From the NCBI GenBank assembly GCA_050950285.1, contig JBMNHG010000004.1, positions 1-64,000 of the forward strand: 64,000 nucleotides of DNA, given 5' to 3'. The notes under the pieces are model-generated. The model saw only the letters and a list, made by a program, of their open reading frames with translations. It did not search any database and was not told where the DNA came from. This document shows, in pieces, positions 39,043 to 50,000 of this stretch. The stretch's first letter is position 1; each line of letters opens with the position of its first letter. The position numbers and the translations under genes were made by a program. The stretch is from Kiritimatiellia bacterium (GTDB lineage: Bacteria; Verrucomicrobiota; Kiritimatiellia; RFP12; JBMNHG01).

Positions 39043-39122
39043 GGACCACCTCCGCCGTCCGTTTTCCCGGCCGACCCGTCCGGAGGCGACCCGTCGCGCC
39101 GTGCGCCGCGCGGTTTTTCTCT

Positions 39123-39151
39123 TTGCCTCGGGAGGTTTTTTGCGGTATAAC
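39123..39151 (+). promoter_or_regulatory. Sigma70-like promoter for the xylose-isomerase-like gene
   Basis: TTGCCT-17 bp-TATAAC. Confidence 0.55.
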
Positions 39152-39246
39152 GCCTCCCATGATCCCAACAGCGCCACGCCATCTCGCAGGAGGCGTCCCC
39201 CTGCGGCGCGGGCGCCCAACCCCGGTTCAGAAAAAGGTGTGATCCC

Positions 39247-40362
39247 ATGGCAAAGAAATCCTTCGACAAAGGCCCCGTGACCCTTTGTTCCATGCCCTTC
39301 TGGTGCGTCGCCAATGAACTCCCCGACCCCTTTGGCGGCGCCGTCCTCGATCCGATTTCCTCCGTCGACGTCGCCAAGCTCCTTGCCGAGGCCGCCGGGA
39401 AGGGACTGATCGATGCCACCAGCTTCCACGACGACGATCTCGTCCCCTGGGACCCCAAGCATCCCGAAGACGACCTCGACCCCGCCAGCGAGACCTACAA
39501 GACCCTCCGCGAGATCAAGCAGATCCTCGACAAGGCCGGCCTCAAGGTCAACACCGCCACGTGCAGCCTGCATGGGAACAAGCTCTTCCGCGCCGGCGGC
39601 CTCACCAACCCCGACCCCAAGCTGCGCGCCCTCGCCATCAAGAAGGTCCAGCGATGCCTGCGCATGGGCGCCTTCTTCAAGGCCTCGTACTACACCTACT
39701 GGGTGGCCCGCGACGGTTTCGAAGTGCCCGTCGCCGTGGATTGGAAGAGGGTCTACGGCTGGCTCCGAGCCGGCCTGGACAGCGTCACGGACTACATCGA
39801 GAAGCAGAAGCTCACGAACTACAAGGGCGCCACCATCGAGCCGAAGCCGAACGAGCCCCGCGGCCAGATGTTCCTCCCCACGAGCGGCCATGCGGTCGGC
39901 CTGATCGCCTCGCTCAAGAAACCCGGCTTCTGGGGCGTCAATCCCGAACTCCTCCAGCACGAGAGCATGGCCCTCATGAACTCCGTGATGACGGTCGGCT
40001 ACCTCGTCTCCCTCAAGAAGCTCTTCTTCCTCCACTTCGGCAGCCAGATCAAGGCGCAGTTCGACAACGACTTCCCGCCGCTTGTCGGCCCCGAAGGCCT
40101 CAAGGAGACCGCCCAGATGTTCTGGGCGCTGGAGAAGATGGGCTGGAAGGGCGTCGTGGAATTCGATTGCCACATGCTTCGTGCCGAAGGCGACCCGTCC
40201 GACCCGATCGGCTGCCGCCGCCGCTTCATCGGGAACTGCGTGGACGCCCTGCGCCTCGCGGTCGATCTCGCCGCCCGTTTGAAGGGGATCAGCCGGAACG
40301 ACTACGTGGACGATTCCTCCTGCGACCTCGCCGCCACGAAGATGCTCTGCAACATCGCCTGA
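39247..40362 (+). CDS. Xylose isomerase-like TIM-barrel sugar isomerase (class I-like, divergent)
   Basis: DPFGG, FHDDDL, IEPKPNEPRG, GVNPE, FDND, EFD. Confidence 0.8.
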   Translation: MAKKSFDKGPVTLCSMPFWCVANELPDPFGGAVLDPISSVDVAKLLAEAAGKGLIDATSFHDDDLVPWDPKHPEDDLDPASETYKTLREIKQILDKAGLKVNTATCSLHGNKLFRAGGLTNPDPKLRALAIKKVQRCLRMGAFFKASYYTYWVARDGFEVPVAVDWKRVYGWLRAGLDSVTDYIEKQKLTNYKGATIEPKPNEPRGQMFLPTSGHAVGLIASLKKPGFWGVNPELLQHESMALMNSVMTVGYLVSLKKLFFLHFGSQIKAQFDNDFPPLVGPEGLKETAQMFWALEKMGWKGVVEFDCHMLRAEGDPSDPIGCRRRFIGNCVDALRLAVDLAARLKGISRNDYVDDSSCDLAATKMLCNIA

Positions 40363-40386
40363 TTCCCGAACTCTCCGGAACTGCAT

Positions 40387-40427
40387 GGGGCGGGGCGTCC
40401 GCGGACGTCCCGCCCCGTTTCGCCTTT
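40387..40427 (+). terminator. Probable terminator hairpin
   Basis: GGGGCGGGGCGTCC / GGACGTCCCGCCCC stem followed by GTTTCGCCTTT. Confidence 0.45.
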
Positions 40428-40443
40428 AGGACACGCTACTTCG

Positions 40444-40857
40444 ATGAAAAACAGAAAGAAAGTCGTCTACCTCAGCGGCCCCATCATGGACGAACGCGAT
40501 GATGGCGCCATCGTCTGGCGCAATGAAGCCAAGGAAAAACTGTCCGACCTCTTCGACATACTCGACCCGATGCGCCGCAACTTCAAGGACCGCGAGGTCG
40601 ACAGCGCCAACGAAATCGTCGAGTTCGATCTGCAGGACGTGCGCGATGCGGACATCCTGCTCGTGAACTATTCCCGCGTATCCATCGGCACCTCGATGGA
40701 GGTTTTCTACGCCGCGCACGATCTCGGCAAGTTCGTGGTGGCCTTCTCGCCTTTCCCCTTCAAGGATTGTTCGCCCTGGATGGTGCGCCATTGCACAAAG
40801 ATTCTCCCTTCGCTGGACGCCGCCGTCGAGTACATCCGCAAGAACTTTGGCGAGTGA
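40444..40857 (+). CDS. Nucleoside 2-deoxyribosyltransferase-like protein
   Basis: VYLSGPI, DLQDVRDADILLVN, SIGTSMEVFYA. Confidence 0.7.
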   Translation: MKNRKKVVYLSGPIMDERDDGAIVWRNEAKEKLSDLFDILDPMRRNFKDREVDSANEIVEFDLQDVRDADILLVNYSRVSIGTSMEVFYAAHDLGKFVVAFSPFPFKDCSPWMVRHCTKILPSLDAAVEYIRKNFGE

Positions 40858-40886
40858 TCCCGTCCATTCCGCCCGTGGCGTCCATC

Positions 40887-42386
40887 ATGCGTTCGATTCT
40901 CCTCGCGGTTGCGTTCCTCGCCATGACGACTTCCCCGTCGTTCGCTGCTTCGACCGCCGTTCCTGCGGGAGCCCCGCCGCAGGTTCTCGAGGCGGACGTT
41001 GCGGTGGTGGGCGGCGGAAGCGCCGGTTTCGCCGCCGCCTGGAGCGCGGCGCTTCTTGGGAGCCGCGTCGTTCTCGTGGAGAAGGAACAGGCGCTGGGGG
41101 GCACCTCCACCATCGCCGGCGTGAACAACTGGGAGCCGGGCATGGGCGGGACAGGCGTGCCCTATCGCGTGTACCAGCGCCTTTCCGCCCGTCCGGACGC
41201 CTGTGCGCCGTACGTGATGGCGAAGCATTGCATGTGGCCTGAAAAAGACCAGCCCTACACCTATCCGGGCGCCCTCGCCACGCTCGATCCCTCGATCCCC
41301 TATGCCGCGACCCTGCGCCGCCACGGACCCGGCCTCCGCGACAAAAACTGGTTCCGCGAAAACTGCCATGGGATCATCTTCGAGGCGGACGAGATGTCCG
41401 CGACGCTTCTCGAGATGCTCCGGGAGACCGGCCGGTGCGAGGTGCTTCTCGGCATCGCCTGCACGGGGGCGGAGACGGGGGAGGGGAATCACGTGGAGCG
41501 CATTGTCCTTTCGGATGGACGCAAGGTCGCGGCCCGCGTGTTCGTCGATGCGACGGATGGCGTCCTCTGCGGCATGCTGGGGTGCGAACGGATGTTCGGA
41601 CGCGACGCCCGGAGCGACTATGGCGAGCCCGGCGCCCCGGACAAACCCCGCCCGACGCTGAACGGCGCGACGCTGATGTTCCGGGTGGAACCCGCCGGGA
41701 GCGAAGCGGTCGAGCCCCTTCCGGAGGATGTCCCGGAGGCATGCTGGTGGGCGAAGCGCTTTCCGCTTGTCTTCGCGATGGCCTGCCCCCGCGGCGGCTA
41801 TTCCATGAACATGCTCCCCACCATGGCGGGCGAGGAGGTCCTTCGGCTGGGCCTCGAGGCGGCCTACGCCGAATGCCGCCGGCGCGTGCTCGCCGAGTGG
41901 CACTGGCTCCAGCGCGATCACGCGGAATTCCGTTCCTATCGCCTGGCGTCCATCGCGCCGTCGCTCGCCCTGCGCGAGACCTGCCGCGTGCGCGGGGAGT
42001 ATGTGCTCACCCAGCATGATTTGATTGCCGGCCTGGCGAAGCAGAAACACCCGGACATCATCGCCATCGCAGACCACCCGATGGACAACCATGGCGGCGG
42101 CGGACCAAACGGCGAACTCAACGGCCCCTACGGCATCCCTTACCGCTGCCTCCTCCCGCTGGGCACCCGCAATGTGCTCGTCGCGGGGCGCGCCGCGAGT
42201 TTCAGCTCCATCGCCGCCTCGAGCTGCCGCCTTTCACGCACCATGATGCAACTGGGCGAAGCGGCGGGCGTGGCCGCATTCCTCGCTGTGCGGGACGATA
42301 TCCCCCTGCGGGAGGTCGACGCCGCGGAAATCCGCCGATGCATGGCGGAGAAAATCGACGGCGACCCCTTCCAGGAAAACCAGTGA
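40887..42386 (+). CDS. Secreted FAD-dependent oxidoreductase (FAD_oxidored family)
   Basis: Signal peptide MRSILLAVAFLAMTTSPSFA; DVAVVGGGSAG, LGGTST, FVDAT, RETCRVRGEYVLT, YGIPYRCLLP, MMQLGEAAG. Confidence 0.82.
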   Translation: MRSILLAVAFLAMTTSPSFAASTAVPAGAPPQVLEADVAVVGGGSAGFAAAWSAALLGSRVVLVEKEQALGGTSTIAGVNNWEPGMGGTGVPYRVYQRLSARPDACAPYVMAKHCMWPEKDQPYTYPGALATLDPSIPYAATLRRHGPGLRDKNWFRENCHGIIFEADEMSATLLEMLRETGRCEVLLGIACTGAETGEGNHVERIVLSDGRKVAARVFVDATDGVLCGMLGCERMFGRDARSDYGEPGAPDKPRPTLNGATLMFRVEPAGSEAVEPLPEDVPEACWWAKRFPLVFAMACPRGGYSMNMLPTMAGEEVLRLGLEAAYAECRRRVLAEWHWLQRDHAEFRSYRLASIAPSLALRETCRVRGEYVLTQHDLIAGLAKQKHPDIIAIADHPMDNHGGGGPNGELNGPYGIPYRCLLPLGTRNVLVAGRAASFSSIAASSCRLSRTMMQLGEAAGVAAFLAVRDDIPLREVDAAEIRRCMAEKIDGDPFQENQ

Positions 42387-42507
42387 CCGGACGGCCTCGT
42401 CCGAGGCCCTCCAGACGTCGGAACCGATCGGCGCCTCCCCTGCGTGCTTCCTTCGCCTCGCCGGGAGGACGAATTCCCCCGTGCAATCCTGGAAGCCGGC
42501 TTTGAGG

Positions 42508-42536
42508 GGCGACGCCCCGTCGCCGGGGGCGTCGCC
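42508..42536. terminator. GC-rich hairpin between convergent genes
   Basis: GGCGACGCCCC-7 nt loop-GGGGCGTCGCC. Confidence 0.35.
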
Positions 42537-42550
42537 TGCGGGCATGGCGT

Positions 42551-45500
42551 TTACCGCAACAGGAAAATCAGGCCGGTGTCGAGGGACTGGCGCTCGTAGC
42601 AGCCCATGTCGACGGTGCCATGGTAGATGCGCGCGTTTCCGGCGAGGTCGAGTTCGCCGGAGACGTAGGCGTTGCTCCCCGCATCCATGGCCGGCGAGGC
42701 GGAGCGAAGGGTCGCGTCGAAGTCCGGGTCGCCGGAATCGACGCCCCCGTTGCGGAACAGCGGGTCGCCCGCCAGCACGCCGTTGCCGAAGTAGAGGTTC
42801 GTGGAAACGGTGTATTCGCCGGTCTCCTCGTCCACGATGTTCGTGACGAAGGCGTAGGGGCCGTACACGGTGTCGTGGAGGAGGGAATAGCGCAAGAGGA
42901 CCGATCCGCCGGAAGCGCTCTTGAGTTCGCCGTTGTCGCAGATGGTGTTTTCGACGGCAGTCGACAGCGCGTTTCCGGCGGCTCCGGGGCCGCCGGCGAA
43001 ACCGCCGCTCGTGCGGATGAAGGTGCAGTTCCGGACCGTGCCGCTGTTGGCCATGAGGTTGCCCCAGAGGATCGAGACGGAGTTCGTCATGTCCGCGAAG
43101 AGGCAGTTCGTGAACTCCGGCGCGTTGGCATGGCTCGTCGAGACCAGGGTGCAGCCCTTGCATCCCTCGAACACGCAACGGTCCGCCTTGAACCAGCAGG
43201 ACTTTTCGCCGCCCTGCGCGAGGCCGGTCGGCACGTGGAAGAGTCCGGCGTAGTAGACATTCGATCCGGAGCCCGGAATCAAGCCGGCGTTGTTCGTGTA
43301 CATCCGGAGGTTTCGGAAGGTGCACTCGGAGAGGCGGACGTCGTTCGGCGTGCCGTTCGGGCGGCAGGAGGCGACGAACGCGCGCTCGCAGCGGGCGTTT
43401 TCGAAGAGGCAGCGGGTTGCCTCGAACCAGCGGTCGCGCGAGCGGCTGGCCATGCCCACGTCCGCGTCGGTGGTGTCGAAGGAGATGGCGCTGAAGCGGT
43501 TGAAGTTCGAGACCACGCAATTGGCCATCTCCAGGCGAGAGGCCCGGTAGAGATAGCCGACGGCGGGCTCGGCCGTGTTGGCGAGCGTTTGGCGAAAGAC
43601 GCAGTTGGAGAAGGCGATGGACGCGTCCATCAGGCTGGCGATCGCGCCGGTGGTTCCGGCGAGCGTCGCGCCGCCCACCAGCGGGGTGGCGTAGCTGCCG
43701 CTGCGCTGGAAGAGGTTCGCCACGCCGTTCGTGCCCGTGAGGACCACGTCTTCGGGATTCCCCGTGGCGCCGACGATCGCGAGGCCCGCGGCGTCGAGGG
43801 GGTAGCTTTCGGTGGCCGGCGTGTAGGCGCCCGCCGCGAGCAGGAGGGTGTCGCCTGCCGCGGCGTAGCCCGTCGCGGCCGTCATCGACAGGAAGGGGCG
43901 TTCCGGCGTGCCGATGCCCGTGGTGTCGGAACCCAGCAGGGGATCGATGGCGAAGAAGTCGGGATCGACCACGATGTCGAGGGTAAAGGTTTCGGCGCCG
44001 GATTCGACGAAGTCGGCACCGGCCTGGAAGGTCACGGTGGTCGCGCCCTTCACCGGGGTGACGACCACGCTGGCCTCGGACTGCGCTTCGCCCTGTGCGA
44101 TGGACCGGCCCTCGTCGGCGTCCCACGCCACGGTCGAAGGGCCGTCCACGGAGAGGATCGCGAGTGGAATCGAGGTGGACGCCACGATGCCGTCGGTCGC
44201 CATGGAGAAGGGCCGGGTGAAGGCGCCGTTGGCGGAGCGAAGCACGAGCAGGCGGTCGCCCGCGAAGGCGATATGCTCGTCGACGACGTTCACGTCGAGT
44301 GTCGCGCCGACGACGCCGGGGGCGGAAATCGAGATTTCGGCTTCGCCGAGTCCGGCGTTTGCGGGGGGCGTGAACTGGAAGGTCGCGCTGTCGGAGTCGA
44401 ACACGATGGATGCCGGAAGCCCCCAGTCCGCAGGTCCCGCGAGCGTGGCGGTCAGCGGGAGTGCCACGGAGGCGGACGGCACGAGGGCTACGGCGATGCT
44501 CCTGGCCTCGCCGCGCGGGCACGCGACGAGCCCGTAGGAGGGCATGCGGAAGGTCGGGACAATTTCGGCGTTGTAGAGCGATTCGTAGGCGCCGAGGTCG
44601 GGACGGGCTTCGCCGAGAAGGGTGTTGTCGGCGATACGGGGATTTCCCGCGAGATCGGTCGCGCCGATGGCGCCGGAGGCATGGCCGGCGTCGATTCCGG
44701 GCGAGTAGGCTTTGAGGCGCGCGTCGAAACCGGGAAGGGAGGAGGGGCCGTCCGCGTTCACGAAGATGGGGGCGCCGGGGAGGATGTTCGCCATGCCGGA
44801 AATCGCGGCTTCGGTCCCCAGGTCGCAATTCGAGACGATGGCCGCGTCCGCGAAGGCGAAGCCGTAGCTGTTTCCGGGAACGAGCGGGAGCGTTTCGTCG
44901 GCAAAGATGCAGTTGCAGGCATAGGCGTGCGCGTTCCGGGCCAGCGAGCCGAAGTTCCGCAGGAAGGTGCAGTTGTGGAGGAGGGCGGTCGCGCGATAGC
45001 TGTGGACGGTGCCATACAGGGCGCCCGATGCGGACGTGCTGTAGGGGACGTTGTCCGCGAAGAGCGAGTTGGAGACGCGGAAGTCGCCATCGACGTACCC
45101 ATCGGGTTGGGTCAGGAACTGTGCGCCGATCACCATGTTGGCGGTGTTGCCGAGGAATTGGCACCGATCCACCGAAAGCGACCCATACCAGTTCATGTCC
45201 ACGCGATGGCCGCACACGCCGATGCAGGCGCCCGACGTCCTCAGGCCATTGAGCGCGGTGGGCGTTGTGAGAACGTTCCCGCGGAAGACGGAGTCGCAGA
45301 CGGCGAGGCTCACTTGATAGGTGTTGTAGACGCCGCCCACCACCACGGCCGAGAGCCGGTTGTCGGCGAAGAGGCACCTGCGGATGGTCATGAGGCGATC
45401 GTCCTCCGCGCCGGCGACGGTGCTCTCGCCGGTGACCTGCACCGCGTGGCTGCGGTTCGTCATCCCGATGAAGGCGCAATCGTCGACGGTCACCCGCGAC

Positions 45501-46912
45501 AGGCCGTTGGCGGTGATGCCGCCGCAATATCCCGATTGGCTGGCAACCTCCTCGGTCTGGGTGAAGAGGCAGTTGGAGACGATGCAGTCGGAGGAATCGA
45601 TGTAGAGCGGAACGGCGCGCCGCGCGTTTCTGATGTACAGATCCGAAAGCGAACAATCGCGTTCCAGGGCCGAAAGGACGAAGATCCCGCGCCCGATTTC
45701 GTCTTCGCCGTCGATGATGCGGTCTTCACGGCCGATGGCCTCGCCGGCGGCCGACCAGCCGCGAATCGAGGTTCCGGCGGGGAGTTCCACCGGGAACTGC
45801 TCGCCGTTCGAGGCCGAATAGACGCCTTCGTCGAGATAGATTGCGGGTCGCATCACGGCGACGAGTTGGTTCGTGATGTCGTAGAGGGCCCGCGTGATCG
45901 TGCGGAAGGGGGCGTTGGTGGAGCCGTCGCCCGAGGCGTCGTCGCCCGTTCCGGAGACGTACCATGCCTTCTGCGTGGCGAAGGGGAAGTGGACTTCGCC
46001 GCTGCCGCCGGCGGCGTTCTCGATGATGAAACGACCGTAGTAGGTGGTTCCCGGGAAGAGCGGGGAGAGGTGGACGGTGTCCGACCAGTTGGTGCCGCTG
46101 GCGGACTGCGCCACCACGATGCGCGTGTAGGAGCCGGCGGCGAAGGTGTCGGTTGTGCTGTAGTCGAGGTAGATCGCGGAGGCGCCGACGGAGGGATCGC
46201 AGGAGGAGAACCGGGTGCAGGAAAGGGCGACGTCTGCCGCGGACTCGGTCGCCGCCACGGAAACGGCCATGCCGACGGGATCGTCGTCGGCGGCGTACCC
46301 GTGAAGCTGCAAGCGGGAGAACTGCAGCCAGGCAGTCTGGCCGGATCCGGTCTCGGTCACCAGGAGCCGGTAGTAGCGATACGATGCGGTGTTGTCGAAG
46401 GAATCTTCATAGGCGAGGACGTTCTTGCCGGCGAAGGAGGTGGCCTGCCACACCGTGTTGGTCCAGGCGCGGATGGTTGTCCACCCTTCGCTCGACGCGC
46501 GCAGGGTGCCATCGGTGTCGGCGCCCGCCACGAAGGGGGAGTTTGGGTCGTTCGCACCCTGGAGCTCGAAATTCTTCGGGCGGCGGTCGGAGGGGGCAGA
46601 CAGGCCCGTGGATACGTTGAGGTAGAGCTTGTTGACGACAATCTGGCGGTCCGGCTCGTAGGCGTCTTTGAAGTGGAAGGAGATGTAGTTCGGGACGGCC
46701 GTGTTCTGGAGGCTCATGTAGCGGTCCCCAGTGGGCCCGGTGGTCTGGAAGAGGTTCTCCACATTGCCCCTGGTCGTGTCCAGGGTGCCGTAGCCGTACT
46801 CGTAGTAGGTCGTGCCCTTCGAATAGGCGTCGGAGGTGAGGTTGACGATGTCCAGCGCGAAGGCGGAACAAGCCAAGGACAGTGCAAGCGAAACGGACAA
46901 CGATCTACGCAT
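42551..46912 (-). CDS. Large secreted multidomain protein: discoidin/F5-8-like domain, two right-handed beta-helix modules with choice-of-anchor-Q-like ends, C-terminal GLIFLLR
   Basis: AAGGAG RBS and signal peptide MRRSLSVSLALSLACSAFA. RPKNFELQG...YRYYRL; GDGSTNAPFRTITRA and GIGTPERPFLSMTAA; repeated NCxF and RCxF rungs; SPGIDAG...DLAGNPR...DLGAYE and SPAMDAG...DLAGNAR...DMGCYE. Confidence 0.75.
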   Translation of the reverse strand: MRRSLSVSLALSLACSAFALDIVNLTSDAYSKGTTYYEYGYGTLDTTRGNVENLFQTTGPTGDRYMSLQNTAVPNYISFHFKDAYEPDRQIVVNKLYLNVSTGLSAPSDRRPKNFELQGANDPNSPFVAGADTDGTLRASSEGWTTIRAWTNTVWQATSFAGKNVLAYEDSFDNTASYRYYRLLVTETGSGQTAWLQFSRLQLHGYAADDDPVGMAVSVAATESAADVALSCTRFSSCDPSVGASAIYLDYSTTDTFAAGSYTRIVVAQSASGTNWSDTVHLSPLFPGTTYYGRFIIENAAGGSGEVHFPFATQKAWYVSGTGDDASGDGSTNAPFRTITRALYDITNQLVAVMRPAIYLDEGVYSASNGEQFPVELPAGTSIRGWSAAGEAIGREDRIIDGEDEIGRGIFVLSALERDCSLSDLYIRNARRAVPLYIDSSDCIVSNCLFTQTEEVASQSGYCGGITANGLSRVTVDDCAFIGMTNRSHAVQVTGESTVAGAEDDRLMTIRRCLFADNRLSAVVVGGVYNTYQVSLAVCDSVFRGNVLTTPTALNGLRTSGACIGVCGHRVDMNWYGSLSVDRCQFLGNTANMVIGAQFLTQPDGYVDGDFRVSNSLFADNVPYSTSASGALYGTVHSYRATALLHNCTFLRNFGSLARNAHAYACNCIFADETLPLVPGNSYGFAFADAAIVSNCDLGTEAAISGMANILPGAPIFVNADGPSSLPGFDARLKAYSPGIDAGHASGAIGATDLAGNPRIADNTLLGEARPDLGAYESLYNAEIVPTFRMPSYGLVACPRGEARSIAVALVPSASVALPLTATLAGPADWGLPASIVFDSDSATFQFTPPANAGLGEAEISISAPGVVGATLDVNVVDEHIAFAGDRLLVLRSANGAFTRPFSMATDGIVASTSIPLAILSVDGPSTVAWDADEGRSIAQGEAQSEASVVVTPVKGATTVTFQAGADFVESGAETFTLDIVVDPDFFAIDPLLGSDTTGIGTPERPFLSMTAATGYAAAGDTLLLAAGAYTPATESYPLDAAGLAIVGATGNPEDVVLTGTNGVANLFQRSGSYATPLVGGATLAGTTGAIASLMDASIAFSNCVFRQTLANTAEPAVGYLYRASRLEMANCVVSNFNRFSAISFDTTDADVGMASRSRDRWFEATRCLFENARCERAFVASCRPNGTPNDVRLSECTFRNLRMYTNNAGLIPGSGSNVYYAGLFHVPTGLAQGGEKSCWFKADRCVFEGCKGCTLVSTSHANAPEFTNCLFADMTNSVSILWGNLMANSGTVRNCTFIRTSGGFAGGPGAAGNALSTAVENTICDNGELKSASGGSVLLRYSLLHDTVYGPYAFVTNIVDEETGEYTVSTNLYFGNGVLAGDPLFRNGGVDSGDPDFDATLRSASPAMDAGSNAYVSGELDLAGNARIYHGTVDMGCYERQSLDTGLIFLLR

Positions 46913-46935
46913 GATGGGCTCCTTTTGTTTCTGGG

Positions 46936-46964
46936 AACATACCATGATGAGCCGTTGCGTGCAA
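46936..46964 (-). promoter_or_regulatory. Sigma70-like promoter
   Basis: TTGCAC-17 bp-TATGTT with a TG extension. Confidence 0.45.
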
Positions 46965-47097
46965 GTCATTTGCCTTGTTCGCACTTGACGAAGGGTCCGG
47001 TTGGGTCAAAAAAACCTTTGTGGCATTCCCGTCCGCCGATTACACTGGCGATGCTCGGATCCCGTTTGGTTGAAATCCCGTTTGGCTGGAGGTCGGC

Positions 47098-50000
47098 ATG
47101 CAGAAACCCTTCGTCGCGCTTTTCGCTGTTTCGTCCCTTCTCTGTTTTGCGTCGTCGGCGTCCGCCGTCGGCGTGAAGACCCTCTCCGTCTCACCGGAGG
47201 GAGATGCGCCTCACGCTGTCGCCACAAACGACCTTGGCGTGGCCATCCAGGGGTGGCAATCCACGCTCTTCGGCGAGGAGGGGACGGAGGTTTCGTTCCT
47301 GGTGGAACTGGACGCCCCCGCCGAGCGGCTCACCCTCGTGGCCTACCGGGGCGGGGCCCTTTCGGCGCGCCTTGCCGATGGAACCTGGATCGACGCGCCG
47401 CCGGCTTCCGCTTCGCTGCAGGTGTGGTCCCCCCGCGCCGTCGTGGATGCGGTCCGCCTGCGGAAGCCGGGCACGCTTGATTTCACCGCCCAGCGCAAGC
47501 GCGGCGCGGAGGCGGGCGTGTATTCCGCTTCGGTCGATTTCCTGATGCTCCTGGACGCTGCCGCGGAGAACCTCGCTCCCTCCGCCGGCGTGCTCGTGAG
47601 TTCCGCCGGCGAGCCGAGCAGCGGATTCCAGCCCCGTCCCTGGGTGAACCAGGTCGCCACGCTCACTTCCGGCGAAATCCACCCCGACGTCAACTTCAGC
47701 ACCGCGGCGCGCGAGGACGAGACCTCCCCCGACCGGCCCGAGTGGATTCTCCTGCGGTGGGACGCGCCGCAGGCGATCCATGGCGTGGGCCTCATGCGCG
47801 GACGCCGGGAAACCGGCCTCGGAGACTCCGTGGTGGAGGTCTACACGGGCGAGGGCGACCCACGCTTCGCCGCGGCGTCGGACGACGGTTGGCGCGCGAT
47901 GGAAGGCGAGTGGCTCGCCGCCGCCGGGTTCCGCCATTTCGACCTCTTCCCCTTCCCGGAAACGGTCGCCACCCGCGGCGTGCGGCTCCGCAGCATTGGC
48001 GGCACAAAGGCGATTTCCGCGGGCGAGGTGATGGTGCTGGGCGACGCCCGCGACGGCGCGGCCGAAGCGGCCGATGCCGACGCCCTTTCCGCGACTTCGG
48101 CGGCGCGCCGCGACGGGGTCCCGATTTCGTTCGCCATCCCCGCCGACGGAAAGGTCACGCTGCAGATTCGCGATGCCGAGGGGGCGGTGGTGGCCAACCC
48201 CGTGGCGGGCGTCGATTTCCCCGCCGGCACCCACACCGTGTCCTGGAACCTTGACGACATCGATGGCAATCCCGTGCTTCGCACCGGCGAGTATTCCTGG
48301 CGAGGGCTCTTTACGCCGCCCCTCTCCGTCGAGTTCCGGCACACCTACCATCCGTGGCCCCTCGCCGGCGTGGCGTGGCAGACGCCGGACCGTACGGGCG
48401 GCTGGCTGGCCGACCACGAGCCCCCGCGCACCGTCTGCCGGGGAATGGACGGCACCATGTGGATCGGAGCCTTCGCCGAGGCCGGCGACTCCATCGTCCA
48501 CGTGCGCGACGACGCCACGAAAATCTGGGGGATCGACCGCTGCTGGGTCGCGATCCCCAGCGAGATCTGCTGCGACGGCGACTTCTACTACGGCCTCTGT
48601 GAAGGCGGCTGGATCGGCGACAACCAGGTGATCCTCCAGATCAACCAGCGCACCCATGCCGACCGGAAGATCTTCCAGCGCCCCATCCCCAAGGCCGGCG
48701 AAGGCGCCCCCGAAGACGATCCCACGCTCCACCGGGGGATCACCGGCTTCCAGGTGGTCGGGAACATCGCCTACCTGGCCTTCGGGGCGGACAACCTCGT
48801 CCAGGCCTTCGACCTGACGCGCGGTCTCGAGGCCGGCTTCCGCGGGTTCGGATGGGACATCGCCTACAAACAGTTCGACGACCAGAAGCCGGTGCTCGTG
48901 CGCGAGATCCCCCTCCCTTCGCCCGGACGCCTTCGTCCGTATGGCGAAGGGCGGCTCGTTGCCACCAGCGGGAAAGACGTGGTGACCATCGACCTTGCCA
49001 CGGGCGAGGTTTCCCCGCTTTTCCAGGGCAAACTGCGGAATCCGCTCGGCCTCGGCACGGACGCGGCCGGAAACGTCTACGTGGGCGAGGGTGCGCCGCT
49101 CCACCAGGTCTTCGGCTACGCGCCGGACGGCACGCGCATCGCCACCCTCGGCAAGCCCGGACGCCGGGAGGTCGGACCCTTCGACCCCGACGACCTGGAG
49201 GAGCCCTACGGCGTGGAAGTCGCATCGGACGGCCGCGTGTGGGTGATGGAGCATGTCGACTGCGTGCGCCGCGTGAGCTTGTGGGACGCGGAGAGCGGGC
49301 GCTGCGTGAAGGCGGTCTACGGCCCCACGCGCTACGGCGGCGGCGGATGCATCGATCCCGATGACGACCGGCGCCTCTTCTACAAGGGGCTGGAGTTCCG
49401 CCGCGACGCGCCCGACGCGCCCGTGGAGCTGGTCAACATCCTGTACCGCGTCGACTCCGGCCAGTGCGCTCGCTTCAACGACGCCGACTATCCCGGCTAC
49501 TGCTTCCGCACGAAGAAGGGATGGTTCTCGCGGAGCCGGCTCTGGTTCACGAGCTACATGGCGCCGCACGGCCATCCCAGCATCGTGCTCTGGCTGTACA
49601 AGGGCGACCGCGTCCAGCCCGTGGCCGCCATCGGATCGGCCATCGCGCTACGCGAGACCTTCGGCTGCCCCGCCGGGCGAAAGGGGGACTGGCAGGATTG
49701 GCGCGACACTGGCTTCCTGACGAACGTGGTCTCGACCTACGACCCCGACCAGAAGTTCTTCACCTGGACGGACCTGGACGACGACGGCTTCGTCCAGCCG
49801 GAGGAGCTGCGCTTCGGCGAGATCCGCTCCCCGGATGACGGCGCGCTGCTCACGCACGCCAGCGCCGGATGGAACTGGCGCATGAACCACTCCTTCGAGG
49901 CCGCTGCGGGCGCAGGCGGGAATCTCCTTGTCTTCTTCCGGCCGAAAGGCTTCTCGAAGCACGGATATCCACTCTACGACGTTCCTTCGGAGACGGTCCG

